Origin: an uncultured Chloroherpeton sp.
Lineage (GTDB): Bacteria > Bacteroidota > Ignavibacteria > Kapaibacteriales > UBA2268
DNA: 64,000 nucleotides
Assembly: GCA_964500435.1 (NCBI GenBank)
Contig: CAZCNL010000005.1
Location: forward strand, 101,180 to 165,179
Direction of reading: 5' to 3'
This document shows positions 51,214-60,578 of the stretch, one piece after another. The position numbers and the translations under genes are program-made. A model generated the notes under the pieces. It was not told the origin of the DNA, did no database searches, and saw only the letters and a program-made list of their open reading frames with translations. The first letter of the stretch is position 1, and each line of letters starts with the position of its first letter.

Positions 51214-51789
51214 ATGAAAAATATGAAAACAAAAATTATTATATTTCTGCTCGTGGTTGTAGGTTTATCATCTTGCACAGTCATTTCATATAATACAGCA
51301 ACTAAAACACACGAGGCGACTCAGCTTGAAACACGTGAATTTCAAACACGAATGTTCGATACAAATGATACAAAACTCATTATGAAAGCAATGGTAAATG
51401 TTTTGCAAGATGATAGTTATATTATCACAAATGCAGTAACAGATTTAGGTGTTTTAATGGCAAAAAAAGAAATTGATTTAGGAAATAAAAGTCATGCCCA
51501 AAATTCGGACTCAGACTTTTGGTTCGACTTTTTCCGTGCCTTAAATAACGATAAAACACGAAGAAACAACAATCAAGAAACTACTTACCAAAAAACTAAA
51601 GTAGTCGAGGTTTCAATTAACGTAACACAATATGGCAAACAAACAAAAGTTAGAGCTAATTTCCAAGCAAAGATTTTGGATAACAAAGGCAATGTTGTCG
51701 ATGTTTTCCCTGTTAATGATGGAAAGTTCTATCAAGATTTCTTTGCGAAAACAGATAAAGCCATATTTTTACAAAAACAAGGATTGTAA
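51214..51789 (+). CDS. hypothetical lipoprotein
   Basis: 191 aa with a signal peptide and the lipobox LSSC. Confidence 0.5.
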   Translation: MKNMKTKIIIFLLVVVGLSSCTVISYNTATKTHEATQLETREFQTRMFDTNDTKLIMKAMVNVLQDDSYIITNAVTDLGVLMAKKEIDLGNKSHAQNSDSDFWFDFFRALNNDKTRRNNNQETTYQKTKVVEVSINVTQYGKQTKVRANFQAKILDNKGNVVDVFPVNDGKFYQDFFAKTDKAIFLQKQGL

Positions 51790-51880
51790 AAACACAATTT
51801 CAAGTTAAATTTAGGGGGTAAATTTTTTTAAAGCTATCGTTATATCTTTTAGCTATTAAAAGTTAAAAATATAATTATTC

Positions 51881-51928
51881 ACCAGCTTAAATGAATATCT
51901 TATGATGTTTTGGGCTGGTGTTTTTTTT
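51881..51928 (+). terminator. rho-independent terminator
   Basis: tCACCAGCttaaatgaatatcttatgatgttttgGGCTGGTGttttttttt. Confidence 0.65.
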
Positions 51929-52018
51929 TATTGTTATTATATTCCAATAATTAAAAAAATATTTTTTAATTGCAAATATTTCGAAATCTTATTGATTTTT
52001 AAGAAATTTGCTTCAAAT

Positions 52019-52162
52019 CTACATTCAGAATAACGAGAAGAAGACGGTTGTATCATTGCCAGTAAACGAAAGTCGACGAAGCAGTCCCAAGAATGCAAGA
52101 GATTGCTTCGCTTCCGCTCGCAATGACTGGTTGAAAAATTTTTTTGTATCTGAATGTAACTT
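52019..52162 (+). repeat. nested-palindrome MITE-like element, copy D, with terminal inverted repeats
   Basis: The flanks acattcagaat ... attctgaatgt-like (tacattcagaa / atctgaatgta) are inverted. The internal sequence is cgacgaagcagtcc...gagattgcttcgcttccgctcgcaatgac. It sits 120 bp upstream of the 52283 gene. Confidence 0.75.
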
Positions 52163-52282
52163 TTTGCTTGTTTAATAGTCTTTGTTTATTATAATAGTGA
52201 AAAAATATAAAATATTTTGTTATTTAAATAAAAATTGTTATATTATAATTACTATTTTTACAAACTTTTTTAAGGTGTTAAT

Positions 52283-54874
52283 ATGAAAGAATTTTTACAG
52301 AAAATTGAACTTGAAGACAAAAAGGGCTTCAATGGTTCAATTGTTCAATGGTTCAATGGATTACGATTTATAATCGTATTTATTGTAATTATATTTATAT
52401 TTCCGAATAATTCTAATGCATTATCAGAAGGGAAGCTATCTTTCCTAAACTACTCATCGTTAACAGTAGTTGCAGATAGTATATTAAATGTTGGCGATAC
52501 TATCAAATTGCAACTAAATGTAACATCTCTTCAGCAAGATTCAGCAACAATATTGTGTCATGTTAGTAGGGGGTTATATATCTTGAACAATGATTCTGAA
52601 TTTTATAATATAAGAACTTATACAGATACAAATTCATTACAAAATATAGAAATTAGGTTAATAATTGATTCTATTCAAAATTGTTTTTTTGAATTGGTAA
52701 CAGTTTCTGATTTTAATATCGGATTATATGGAAATACAATATCATATCGAAGAGAATTGTTCATCAATGGTGGGAACGAATTAGTTTTAAACAATACTTA
52801 TGATAACAATGATGCAATTATAAATACAATTCAATATTCCCAACCAATTTGTACACTTCAAAATAACCACCATATAAAAATAAAAGGCAAGGTATCATTT
52901 CTTGATTGGAATGAACCAAAAACTTTTTATGCGAATGGTAATACATTAGAACATTTTCCGAGAAGGAAATCCCCGAGAACCACAGCATGGATTTTTTTCA
53001 GAACAAACGACCAACAAAATAAATTTTCTCATCCCATAAAATTTAATCAAATTACTGGAAAACCTATAAAAGGAATTCACTATGTAGAATGCATTGAGGG
53101 AACAAATTTTAATGAAGAGAGTGGTGAATTTATTTTCGAATTCGATTACAATCCACTATCTTTGTATTGTCAGGCTTATGAAAATATGACAGTAGAAATA
53201 TATATTGCAAAGGAAAATGAAGCAACATTATTAAATTCCGGGAGCGATCACATAATAGTATCAAATTACCCAAACCCTTTTAATACAACCAACGAATTAA
53301 AACTTTACCCTACAAAATATTTTAGCATTACTTATCCAAATGGTGTGCCACAAAATATTGATATTTCTTATATTACAACACCAGAACTTAATATTGAATT
53401 ACCTTTTGACGAGGGCGCCATGTTCAGATATATGACTATTTCAAGAGAATTTCTTAAAGATCTATATAACAATAACAACCTTGAATTTTCTGAAAATCGA
53501 AAGTTAAAACAGTGCAATTCAAATTTGTTATGGAGGGCACATACAGGCAGTGATCCGGGCGGTCAATATTCTTTTAATTCAAAGAACATTGATATTTATA
53601 AATATTATAATGGAAATGATCAAAATTATACAAATTGCAAAGTAATCGCTCATGAATATGGTCATTATTTTGATCATATATTAACAAATTGTGGTCATAA
53701 TGAAATAGAAGGATTTGCAATGTTTTTTTCTTATGCAGCTAATGTATGGATGAGAAATTCTTTTGGTGACTTTTTTGGTATAGAAGATGATTGTGAGATT
53801 GGTCCATTTTGCAAGTTTATGGTAAATGATGTTGTCCTTACTAAGAATGGAGTATCATATAATAGATACGGTAATATCACTAAATTGGGTGTACCTGATA
53901 TAAATTCTTGCAGATTTGCTTGTTATTTATGGAATATTTATGACTCTAAAAGTGACCAGCCATTTTCACCAATTAATGATTGGGACGGTATGGCAAATGA
54001 CGATATCGAAGATTTACGAGAAGATCTAATGGACTTTTGGATTGAATTACCATTAGATGGAGTTAATTTTTCAGGTTTTAATGATTCTTTGAAAAACAAA
54101 TATTCTGCTAATGTAAGACTTCAAAATTCTTTACAAGCAATATATGATTTCATGGATTTTCCGTCAGGTAGTTTTAATCCATCAATTGAAAATATTTCGG
54201 CAAGAATGAGAAGCCCAAATATACAATCAATGAGTTATACTACTAACGTAATAAATAATCAAATCTATGTTAAGTTCTTATGGGGTGATGATATATCTTA
54301 TAAAAATATACCATTTGAATCTATTTACAAAGATACTAAATATGTATATCCATTTCAGAATACTCCTCAATCTATAAGACTTTCTCACAATTATACTAAT
54401 TCGGATGAATGGCAAGTTTATGAAACAATTGAAAATTATATCAATGTTAAAGAAAGTGAGTGGTATTTAACTAATAATGATATTCCATACGACAAATTTA
54501 AATTATCGACTTTGAATACTAATTCAGAAGAGTCTTACCAACCATTAATAGTTAATTTTGGGATTCCAATGGCAAAAATTGCTTATAATGATTTGGAAGT
54601 TTCAGACATTTCTCTTAACTTAACAACCTATAAAATTGAAAACTTATTAACTATCAGTTCATTAGATAAGATTGATATTAAAATGATTAGGTTTTATAAT
54701 ATTGAAGGTAAAATTGTAAATGAAATTGCAATAAATGATGGTTTTTCATTGTATCATTCAATTGATTTAAGCAATACAGTTCATAATATCAGTTCACAAT
54801 CATTATTTATGCAAATAATATTTACAGATAGAAATAATAAGTTACATTTCATTAATTATAAATTAATAAAATAA
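52283..54874 (+). CDS. large secreted protein with HEXXH zinc-metalloprotease-like motif and T9SS C-terminal sorting domain
   Basis: 863 aa with an N-terminal TM/signal region. The internal motif is AHEYGHYFDH. The C-terminal ~90 aa (IRFYNIEGKIVNEI...FMQIIF) is CTD-like. Confidence 0.55.
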   Translation: MKEFLQKIELEDKKGFNGSIVQWFNGLRFIIVFIVIIFIFPNNSNALSEGKLSFLNYSSLTVVADSILNVGDTIKLQLNVTSLQQDSATILCHVSRGLYILNNDSEFYNIRTYTDTNSLQNIEIRLIIDSIQNCFFELVTVSDFNIGLYGNTISYRRELFINGGNELVLNNTYDNNDAIINTIQYSQPICTLQNNHHIKIKGKVSFLDWNEPKTFYANGNTLEHFPRRKSPRTTAWIFFRTNDQQNKFSHPIKFNQITGKPIKGIHYVECIEGTNFNEESGEFIFEFDYNPLSLYCQAYENMTVEIYIAKENEATLLNSGSDHIIVSNYPNPFNTTNELKLYPTKYFSITYPNGVPQNIDISYITTPELNIELPFDEGAMFRYMTISREFLKDLYNNNNLEFSENRKLKQCNSNLLWRAHTGSDPGGQYSFNSKNIDIYKYYNGNDQNYTNCKVIAHEYGHYFDHILTNCGHNEIEGFAMFFSYAANVWMRNSFGDFFGIEDDCEIGPFCKFMVNDVVLTKNGVSYNRYGNITKLGVPDINSCRFACYLWNIYDSKSDQPFSPINDWDGMANDDIEDLREDLMDFWIELPLDGVNFSGFNDSLKNKYSANVRLQNSLQAIYDFMDFPSGSFNPSIENISARMRSPNIQSMSYTTNVINNQIYVKFLWGDDISYKNIPFESIYKDTKYVYPFQNTPQSIRLSHNYTNSDEWQVYETIENYINVKESEWYLTNNDIPYDKFKLSTLNTNSEESYQPLIVNFGIPMAKIAYNDLEVSDISLNLTTYKIENLLTISSLDKIDIKMIRFYNIEGKIVNEIAINDGFSLYHSIDLSNTVHNISSQSLFMQIIFTDRNNKLHFINYKLIK

Positions 54875-54885
54875 AGGGGGCTATA

Positions 54886-56499
54886 ATGAAAAAAGTATAT
54901 ATTATTTTATTAACCTTGGTTTTCTTCCAATTTAATAAATTGTTTTCTGAAAATTGGGAACCTTTTCCATTGAATCAAACTTCATACTATAAAATAACAA
55001 AAGCAAAATATCTTTGGATTGATAATATTTTTGAAAGCAAAGATTTGATCGACGCTATAACAATAATAAAATTCGATTCAGTAACAAATCAAAATTCAAA
55101 TAATAAAAAATATTACTCACAAATAATAAAAAATAACGATAAATGTCTTTTAAGTAAACAAGATACATTATGGGATAAATATGATCACTTACAGAATCTA
55201 CAACCAAAGTCGTATATTTTTGTTGACGATACTTTAGTATTCCTAATTAAGGATGAGCATAATATTTCAAATACTTGCTTAAAGTTGCCATTAAATTTAG
55301 ATAATAGTAAATCCTATTTCCAAATAAATTATGATAGCAATTTCAATTCTACTATGAAAATTGAAACTAAATTAATCTCTAAAACAGAAAAATCAATTTT
55401 TGGTATCAAAGATTCAATAATTACTTTTGAGATACAAAGAAGACGAGTGCCAGAAAAAGAAGATGGTACTTTTATAATTGAGTTAAGCAAAACTTTTGGG
55501 CTAATAAAATATTTCCCTTTAGACATACTTTTTAATTGGTCGTTATCTGCTCAAATTCAAGAGATAGAATTAGCTTCTGTCGATAAAAATCAAGAGCATT
55601 ATGGCGAGGTTTATGATTTTAAATATCGCAATCGTAACTTATTTGAAAAGCCCAGAAATATTAAAATATATAGGGATGTCTGGGGTGTTAATTCCTGGGA
55701 TTATGTATTTATACGAGATTCAATAATTAGTGTCGACAATTCAGAGGACTTTGTTTTTGTAGTATATAATCGCCAAACATTATCGTCTAATCAAGGAGTA
55801 AAACCGAATATTAATATAAATTATACATATACTTACTTAAAAAAAGATAGTATAATTTATGAAGGATTTAATGCTATGGTAGATGCCCTCCGAAGAGGCG
55901 AAACTTTTATTCCAAGTGCACATTTATTTGATAAAGTTCCTAACAATGAAACTAAGCAAATTGACGATTCATTAGAAGTTATTGCTACTCCATTATTATT
56001 TAAATTTGTTGATAAATGTGGTCACAAAGATCTACAGATATTTTATGTTTTTGATGCAACATTAGATAGAGAAAATTGCTTTCTTCAAAATCGATTTTTT
56101 GTAAACAAGATATTAGATTATAAAATGGATTTGTGGTGGGAGATCAATAACTATGGACCGTGGCGAACTGATGACCTCTATATTGGTTTCAAAGATGGCG
56201 ATTGTGAATGGGGCGATTTAAGTTGGCCACCCAAGGAAGTATCAGTCTCGCAAGAGCAGCAATATCATTATCAACTCTTCCCCAACCCAGTTCGTTCAAC
56301 AACACGGGTGAATTTGCAACAAGAGGGGCAAGTGGCGATTACGGCAGTGGATTTGCTTGGACACTCGTTCCCGCTTTGGTCGGGCTATGCAAGCACCGGC
56401 ACTCTGGAACTTGACGTCAGCACCTTGCCGACAGGCTCCTACACCTTGCTCATCGATTACGGCACAAAACGAGAAGCAGTACGGATGATGAAGGAGTAG
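54886..56499 (+). CDS. T9SS C-terminal-domain secreted protein, paralog 1
   Basis: 537 aa with a signal peptide. The CTD is LFPNPVRSTTRVNLQQEGQVAITAVDLLGHSFPLWSG...TLLIDYGTKREAVRMMKE. It is about 80% identical to 60579-62177 and only 11 bp downstream of the previous gene, so probably co-transcribed. Confidence 0.7.
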   Translation: MKKVYIILLTLVFFQFNKLFSENWEPFPLNQTSYYKITKAKYLWIDNIFESKDLIDAITIIKFDSVTNQNSNNKKYYSQIIKNNDKCLLSKQDTLWDKYDHLQNLQPKSYIFVDDTLVFLIKDEHNISNTCLKLPLNLDNSKSYFQINYDSNFNSTMKIETKLISKTEKSIFGIKDSIITFEIQRRRVPEKEDGTFIIELSKTFGLIKYFPLDILFNWSLSAQIQEIELASVDKNQEHYGEVYDFKYRNRNLFEKPRNIKIYRDVWGVNSWDYVFIRDSIISVDNSEDFVFVVYNRQTLSSNQGVKPNININYTYTYLKKDSIIYEGFNAMVDALRRGETFIPSAHLFDKVPNNETKQIDDSLEVIATPLLFKFVDKCGHKDLQIFYVFDATLDRENCFLQNRFFVNKILDYKMDLWWEINNYGPWRTDDLYIGFKDGDCEWGDLSWPPKEVSVSQEQQYHYQLFPNPVRSTTRVNLQQEGQVAITAVDLLGHSFPLWSGYASTGTLELDVSTLPTGSYTLLIDYGTKREAVRMMKE

Positions 56500-56507
56500 G
56501 GCTATTT

Positions 56508-56563
56508 AACCTTCAGAAGGTTCTTTTCACCAGATGTCCTACACCTCCAAGGTGTAGGACATC
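56508..56563 (+). terminator. tandem hairpins after paralog 1 (terminator-like)
   Basis: AACCTTCaGAAGGTT followed by a T-rich tract, then the perfect 13-bp stem GATGTCCTACACCtccaaGGTGTAGGACATC. The same pair occurs at 62186-62241. Confidence 0.6.
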
Positions 56564-56628
56564 TTAGTTTCTACTTCCCCTTCCTTAAAGCGGTGTCACG
56601 CAGTGCCGGGGCAGGCATTATTATAAAA

Positions 56629-56760
56629 TCCCGTTTTCAAGGGAATGACAAATTTGCTGGTCTTTGCGAGGAGTTTAAGCGAAGAAGCAATCTGAGAAAG
56701 GTATTGCTTCGCTTACGCTCGCAATGAAGAAAATAAATTTCTTGCATTTGAATGTAATTT
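56629..56760 (+). repeat. nested-palindrome MITE-like element, copy E
   Basis: tcccgttttcaagggaatgacaaatttgc...ttgcgaggag...gaagcaatctgagaaaggtattgcttcgcttacgctcgcaatga...ttgcatttgaatgtaattttttgcc. Confidence 0.8.
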
Positions 56761-56799
56761 TTTGCCAAAATTTTTGTCTTTATTTTAAGAAAAAAATAA

Positions 56800-57180
56800 T
56801 TTGTTAAATTAGAGAAAGAGAAAGCTGCAAAACTAAAAAAATAAATGGTTGTAATTAATAAAAATATTGAGAAGGCGGGAAATACGGAAAATGGCATAGG
56901 ATGGGCTTTATGGCTTTATGGCTTTATGTGGATGCCTCAAGAATATTTTTATTGCATTGAAACTGCGATTTATTCAAATTTTCCAAAGAAAGAAAAATTA
57001 CTTTGTTCAAATAAATTTTGCCGAAAAAAATTATTTATTTACAACTGCGAGTGGAAATTCATTGCGTTTAGCGGGCTGATGCTGTTTTCCTGAAAGATTT
57101 TTGGATAATAGCAGAAGTCTGCAAAAGCCGCTCGCAGTTCCACTGGGCAGAGCGAAAGCTTGGAACTGTTCGAATAATGC
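56800..57180 (+). repeat. conserved ~350-bp leader element, copy 2 (3x octamer repeat)
   Basis: Colinear with 62470-62860 at roughly 85-90% identity, and with the reverse complement of 5900-6260. GCTTTATG occurs 3 times at 56898-56921. The tail contains the hairpin CAGTTCCA...GCGAAAGC...TGGAACTG. Confidence 0.8.
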
Positions 57181-57225
57181 TCGGGAAAGTAAATATTTTA
57201 TGTAAAAAATATAAAAGAGGAAAAA

Positions 57226-57867
57226 ATGAAGAATATTATAATTAAATTAGTATTATTAATAATTATATTTACGGGAATAAGTATCAAAGCAACTTCACAA
57301 ATACCAAATAATTGTCCGGATGGATTTACGATGATTGAAGCTCAAATTCCAGTAACTGAAAATGGCAATACTTGTATTTACCAAGTGTTTTTGTGTACCA
57401 AATGTCAAGCAGGGACGTATCCAGGCTCGATATTGACAGAAATAATGGTGCATGCAATGAGACCGATAGATGAGAACTGCCAATGTAATCCAGATGTAGT
57501 TATGAATGCTATAGTGGATAAAATAAATGATGTAAATTGGCTTGCACAATTTATAAGTAATTGTGGAAATGGATGGCCCCCTTGTTCAGGAAATCCGGCA
57601 AATTACATACGAATAGAATATTACTATCCAAAATGCTGGAAGTGGGAATACTTCTTTTACAATGAAGAACCGCCATACGAATATGATATTTTTAAAGTTG
57701 CAGGATGTGATTGCTTTTGTAGATGGACAAAAACTTTTTGTTGGGATGGTAGCAGATTAATTGAAATAATAGAATTAGCCACACCCCCAGAACGAACAGG
57801 TACATGTGAGTGTTTGCAACCTGAATATAATGGAGAATGTTGGTCAGAAGATAGTGTCTGTCAGTAA
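57226..57867 (+). CDS. Cys/Trp-rich small secreted protein
   Basis: 213 aa with a signal peptide, about 24 Cys and many Trp/Tyr/Pro. No CTD is evident. It lies 45 bp downstream of leader copy 2. Confidence 0.6.
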   Translation: MKNIIIKLVLLIIIFTGISIKATSQIPNNCPDGFTMIEAQIPVTENGNTCIYQVFLCTKCQAGTYPGSILTEIMVHAMRPIDENCQCNPDVVMNAIVDKINDVNWLAQFISNCGNGWPPCSGNPANYIRIEYYYPKCWKWEYFFYNEEPPYEYDIFKVAGCDCFCRWTKTFCWDGSRLIEIIELATPPERTGTCECLQPEYNGECWSEDSVCQ

Positions 57868-57957
57868 AAATGAAAAAGTGCCCCAATTTCCAGAAATTGG
57901 GGCTATATAATACAAAATGTCAACAGTTTTATTTTATATTTAATATGGAGTTACAAG

Positions 57958-60309
57958 ATGAAAATTCTTTTAAGAGTTAATTTGATAATTTTAATTTGTT
58001 TAATATCAATCCAAAATTCATATTCTACAAATTGGGAATTTATTAAAGGTCCTGGGAATAACAAGGGCGTTTATGCTATAGATACGTATGGAAATGATAT
58101 TTATATTGGGTTAAATTCCGCAAAATTATATAAAAGTACAAATTATGGTACTTCATGGATTGAAATTAAATATAATGACTCTCTGCCTTTTCTTGATATT
58201 ACAACTATAGCCAAAGTTAAGTCTAATTTATTTATACTATCATCATTTCGTTCGAAACCTCCTTTTTATGAATTAGCAGTTTCCCAAGATGATGGATTAA
58301 ATTGGAATGAGGTTATCATGGATGATACATTATATTTTTATTATTTTATTAAAAAAGATAAGAATGATTTATATTGCTCATATTATTCTAAGAAATCAAA
58401 TTCGATGCCATCAACAAAATTTGCAAAATTCGATTATAATAACAATAATTGGATAAATTTAGTTGATTCAATTTCATTAAAAAAAATATATTCTTCTGCA
58501 AAGTCCATAGCAAAATATGGAAATAAAATATTAATAGGGTGTTCAATAGTTAAACCAAGTGTAGATGCGGGAGTAAAAACTATACCAGTTATTTATATTT
58601 ATGATACCCAATCCCAAAATTTACAACCGATAGTTGATACATTAAGTGACTTATGGAAAAGTTATATAAATTGCTTTTTAATTAAAGGGGACGATATATT
58701 TATCGGAACATCAACGGGAGTTTACAAATCAACAGATGGTGGATTAACCTGGACAAGAAAAAGCAGTGGTTTACACTTCAAGAATGAATATTATGATTAT
58801 GATTATGAAATACATAAAATGTGTGAATTTGAAGGGAATATATATGCAATAACAAATCCACCGAGCACTTATGGCTATTTTAATACAAATAGTTCCACAT
58901 TAGTGTATAGCACGGATAATGGAGAAAGTTGGCAGAATAGTGAATTATTTTCATATGACATATTTGTAGCAGATATGCCTCAAGATTTTGCAGTTATTAA
59001 TAATAAATTATTAATAAGCACATTAGATGGATTATTCGAAGTAGATAAAGATTTAACAAAGAAAACACAGTTAATAAATGATACATTAAGCAGCGGGACA
59101 GTGCAAGATTTTTATGTCGATAATGAAAAGATAATTGCGACAAAATTCAATGATTTTATATACCAAACAAACGTGAAAAATAACGGGAAATGGGAAAGGT
59201 TAGCAAAAAAACAGGCATTTCCAATCGCTAACGTTGATAATTTCTGCAAGAACAATGAAAATATATATGCATTAGTAGGATATAATGGATATGTGAGTGG
59301 CTCTTTTGCAATATCAAACGATACAGGCAATACATTTTGGTTTGTAAATGAAAAAGATACCACAATGCTGAATTTACAATATTATAGCATATATGCACAT
59401 ACAAACGATTCAGTCTATGTAACGACGAGTAAGGGAATATTTCTATCGAATGACGAAGGAAAGACATGGCATAGAATAACAGGAGATGGATTTATGTATA
59501 AAGTGATGAAAATGATAAAAATAGATGAAAATATATTTGCGGGTACACTTGATTATGGTTTAATAAAGTCGGTAGATGGGGGTAAGTCGTGGGAAAAGAA
59601 AAAATTACCAACGAAATATGATGAAATAACAATAAAAGATATATTATATCACGATAATAAAATATATTTAGCAACAAAACAATATTACGATCCTGAAAAA
59701 AAAATATTAGTTAATGGAGAAGGCATATTTATGTCGTCTGATTTAGGAGAAAGTTGGGAAAAGAAAAACAATGGATATCCAGACTCACTCGAAACAGCAA
59801 GTTTAGCCAGTTACGGAGATTATATATTTGCAGCAACGAATTGGTATGGGAGTGTGTATTATTCGACGAATGGCGGAGAAAAATGGCATTCGATAAACAA
59901 GGGATTGTCAGGATATTCATTAAGTAGAATCAAGGTATTTGGAGGTTATTTATACGCAGGTACATCGACTGGACTATATAAATATAATTTAAAGAATTTA
60001 ATAACAAGCGTAGATGAAATCGAGAAGCGGAATTATTTATATTCGATGCAACCCTATCCGATACCTGCAACAAATCGAGTGCAAGCAGAAATATATTGGG
60101 ATAAAGCATTAGATATAAATCAAGCAGACATCAAGGTTTATAATATTTATGGCGAAGAAATCAACAGCAAGGACAAAATCAAAGTCATACCCGAAAGCGA
60201 TTGGTATGGCAAAATAATTTGGAACTGCGAAGGAAACGAACCTGGAGTATACATCATTACAATAAATTACGGCACCGAGAAAAAAGCAATAAAGGTAATA
60301 AAGAATTAG
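57958..60309 (+). CDS. BNR/Asp-box repeat (sortilin/Ycf48/xyloglucanase-like) protein with T9SS C-terminal sorting domain
   Basis: 783 aa with a signal peptide and at least 9 Asp-box motifs (STNYGTSW, SQDDGLNW, STDGGLTW, STDNGESW, SNDEGKTW, SVDGGKSW, SSDLGESW, STNGGEKW...). The C-terminal CTD reads YPIPATNRVQ...GVYIITINYGTEKKAIKVIKN. Confidence 0.75.
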   Translation: MKILLRVNLIILICLISIQNSYSTNWEFIKGPGNNKGVYAIDTYGNDIYIGLNSAKLYKSTNYGTSWIEIKYNDSLPFLDITTIAKVKSNLFILSSFRSKPPFYELAVSQDDGLNWNEVIMDDTLYFYYFIKKDKNDLYCSYYSKKSNSMPSTKFAKFDYNNNNWINLVDSISLKKIYSSAKSIAKYGNKILIGCSIVKPSVDAGVKTIPVIYIYDTQSQNLQPIVDTLSDLWKSYINCFLIKGDDIFIGTSTGVYKSTDGGLTWTRKSSGLHFKNEYYDYDYEIHKMCEFEGNIYAITNPPSTYGYFNTNSSTLVYSTDNGESWQNSELFSYDIFVADMPQDFAVINNKLLISTLDGLFEVDKDLTKKTQLINDTLSSGTVQDFYVDNEKIIATKFNDFIYQTNVKNNGKWERLAKKQAFPIANVDNFCKNNENIYALVGYNGYVSGSFAISNDTGNTFWFVNEKDTTMLNLQYYSIYAHTNDSVYVTTSKGIFLSNDEGKTWHRITGDGFMYKVMKMIKIDENIFAGTLDYGLIKSVDGGKSWEKKKLPTKYDEITIKDILYHDNKIYLATKQYYDPEKKILVNGEGIFMSSDLGESWEKKNNGYPDSLETASLASYGDYIFAATNWYGSVYYSTNGGEKWHSINKGLSGYSLSRIKVFGGYLYAGTSTGLYKYNLKNLITSVDEIEKRNYLYSMQPYPIPATNRVQAEIYWDKALDINQADIKVYNIYGEEINSKDKIKVIPESDWYGKIIWNCEGNEPGVYIITINYGTEKKAIKVIKN

Positions 60310-60318
60310 GTGCTTGAT

Positions 60319-60460
60319 TCCCGTTTTCACGGGAATGACAAATTTGCAAGTCATTGCGAGGAGACGAAGTCGACGAAGCAATCTCAGGAAGGGATTGCTT
60401 CGCTACGCTCGCAATGACATAAAAAAATTTTTTTTGCATCAAAATGTAATTTTTTGCCAA
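60319..60460 (+). repeat. nested-palindrome MITE-like element, copy F
   Basis: ATTCCCGttttcaCGGGAATgacaaatttgcaaGTCATTGCGAGgagacgaagtcgacGAAGCAATCtcaggaagGGATTGCTTCgctacgCTCGCAATGACat...ttgcatcaaaatgtaattttttgcc. It is upstream of paralog 2. Confidence 0.85.
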
Positions 60461-60578
60461 ATTTTTTGTCTTTATTTTTAAAAAATAATTTATTAAATTA
60501 GAAGTGTTAGAAGTAAGAAAGTAAATAATATTCTTCAAATACTGTTGAAATCTCTTTTATAAAATAAAAGGTCTTACA

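Noticed and set aside
56508-56563. The double hairpin after the paralog genes as an independent REP-like mobile element
   Set aside because: It occurs only directly after the two duplicated paralog stop codons, and the first stem is followed by a T-run. It is more simply explained as the genes' own terminator, copied during the segmental duplication.
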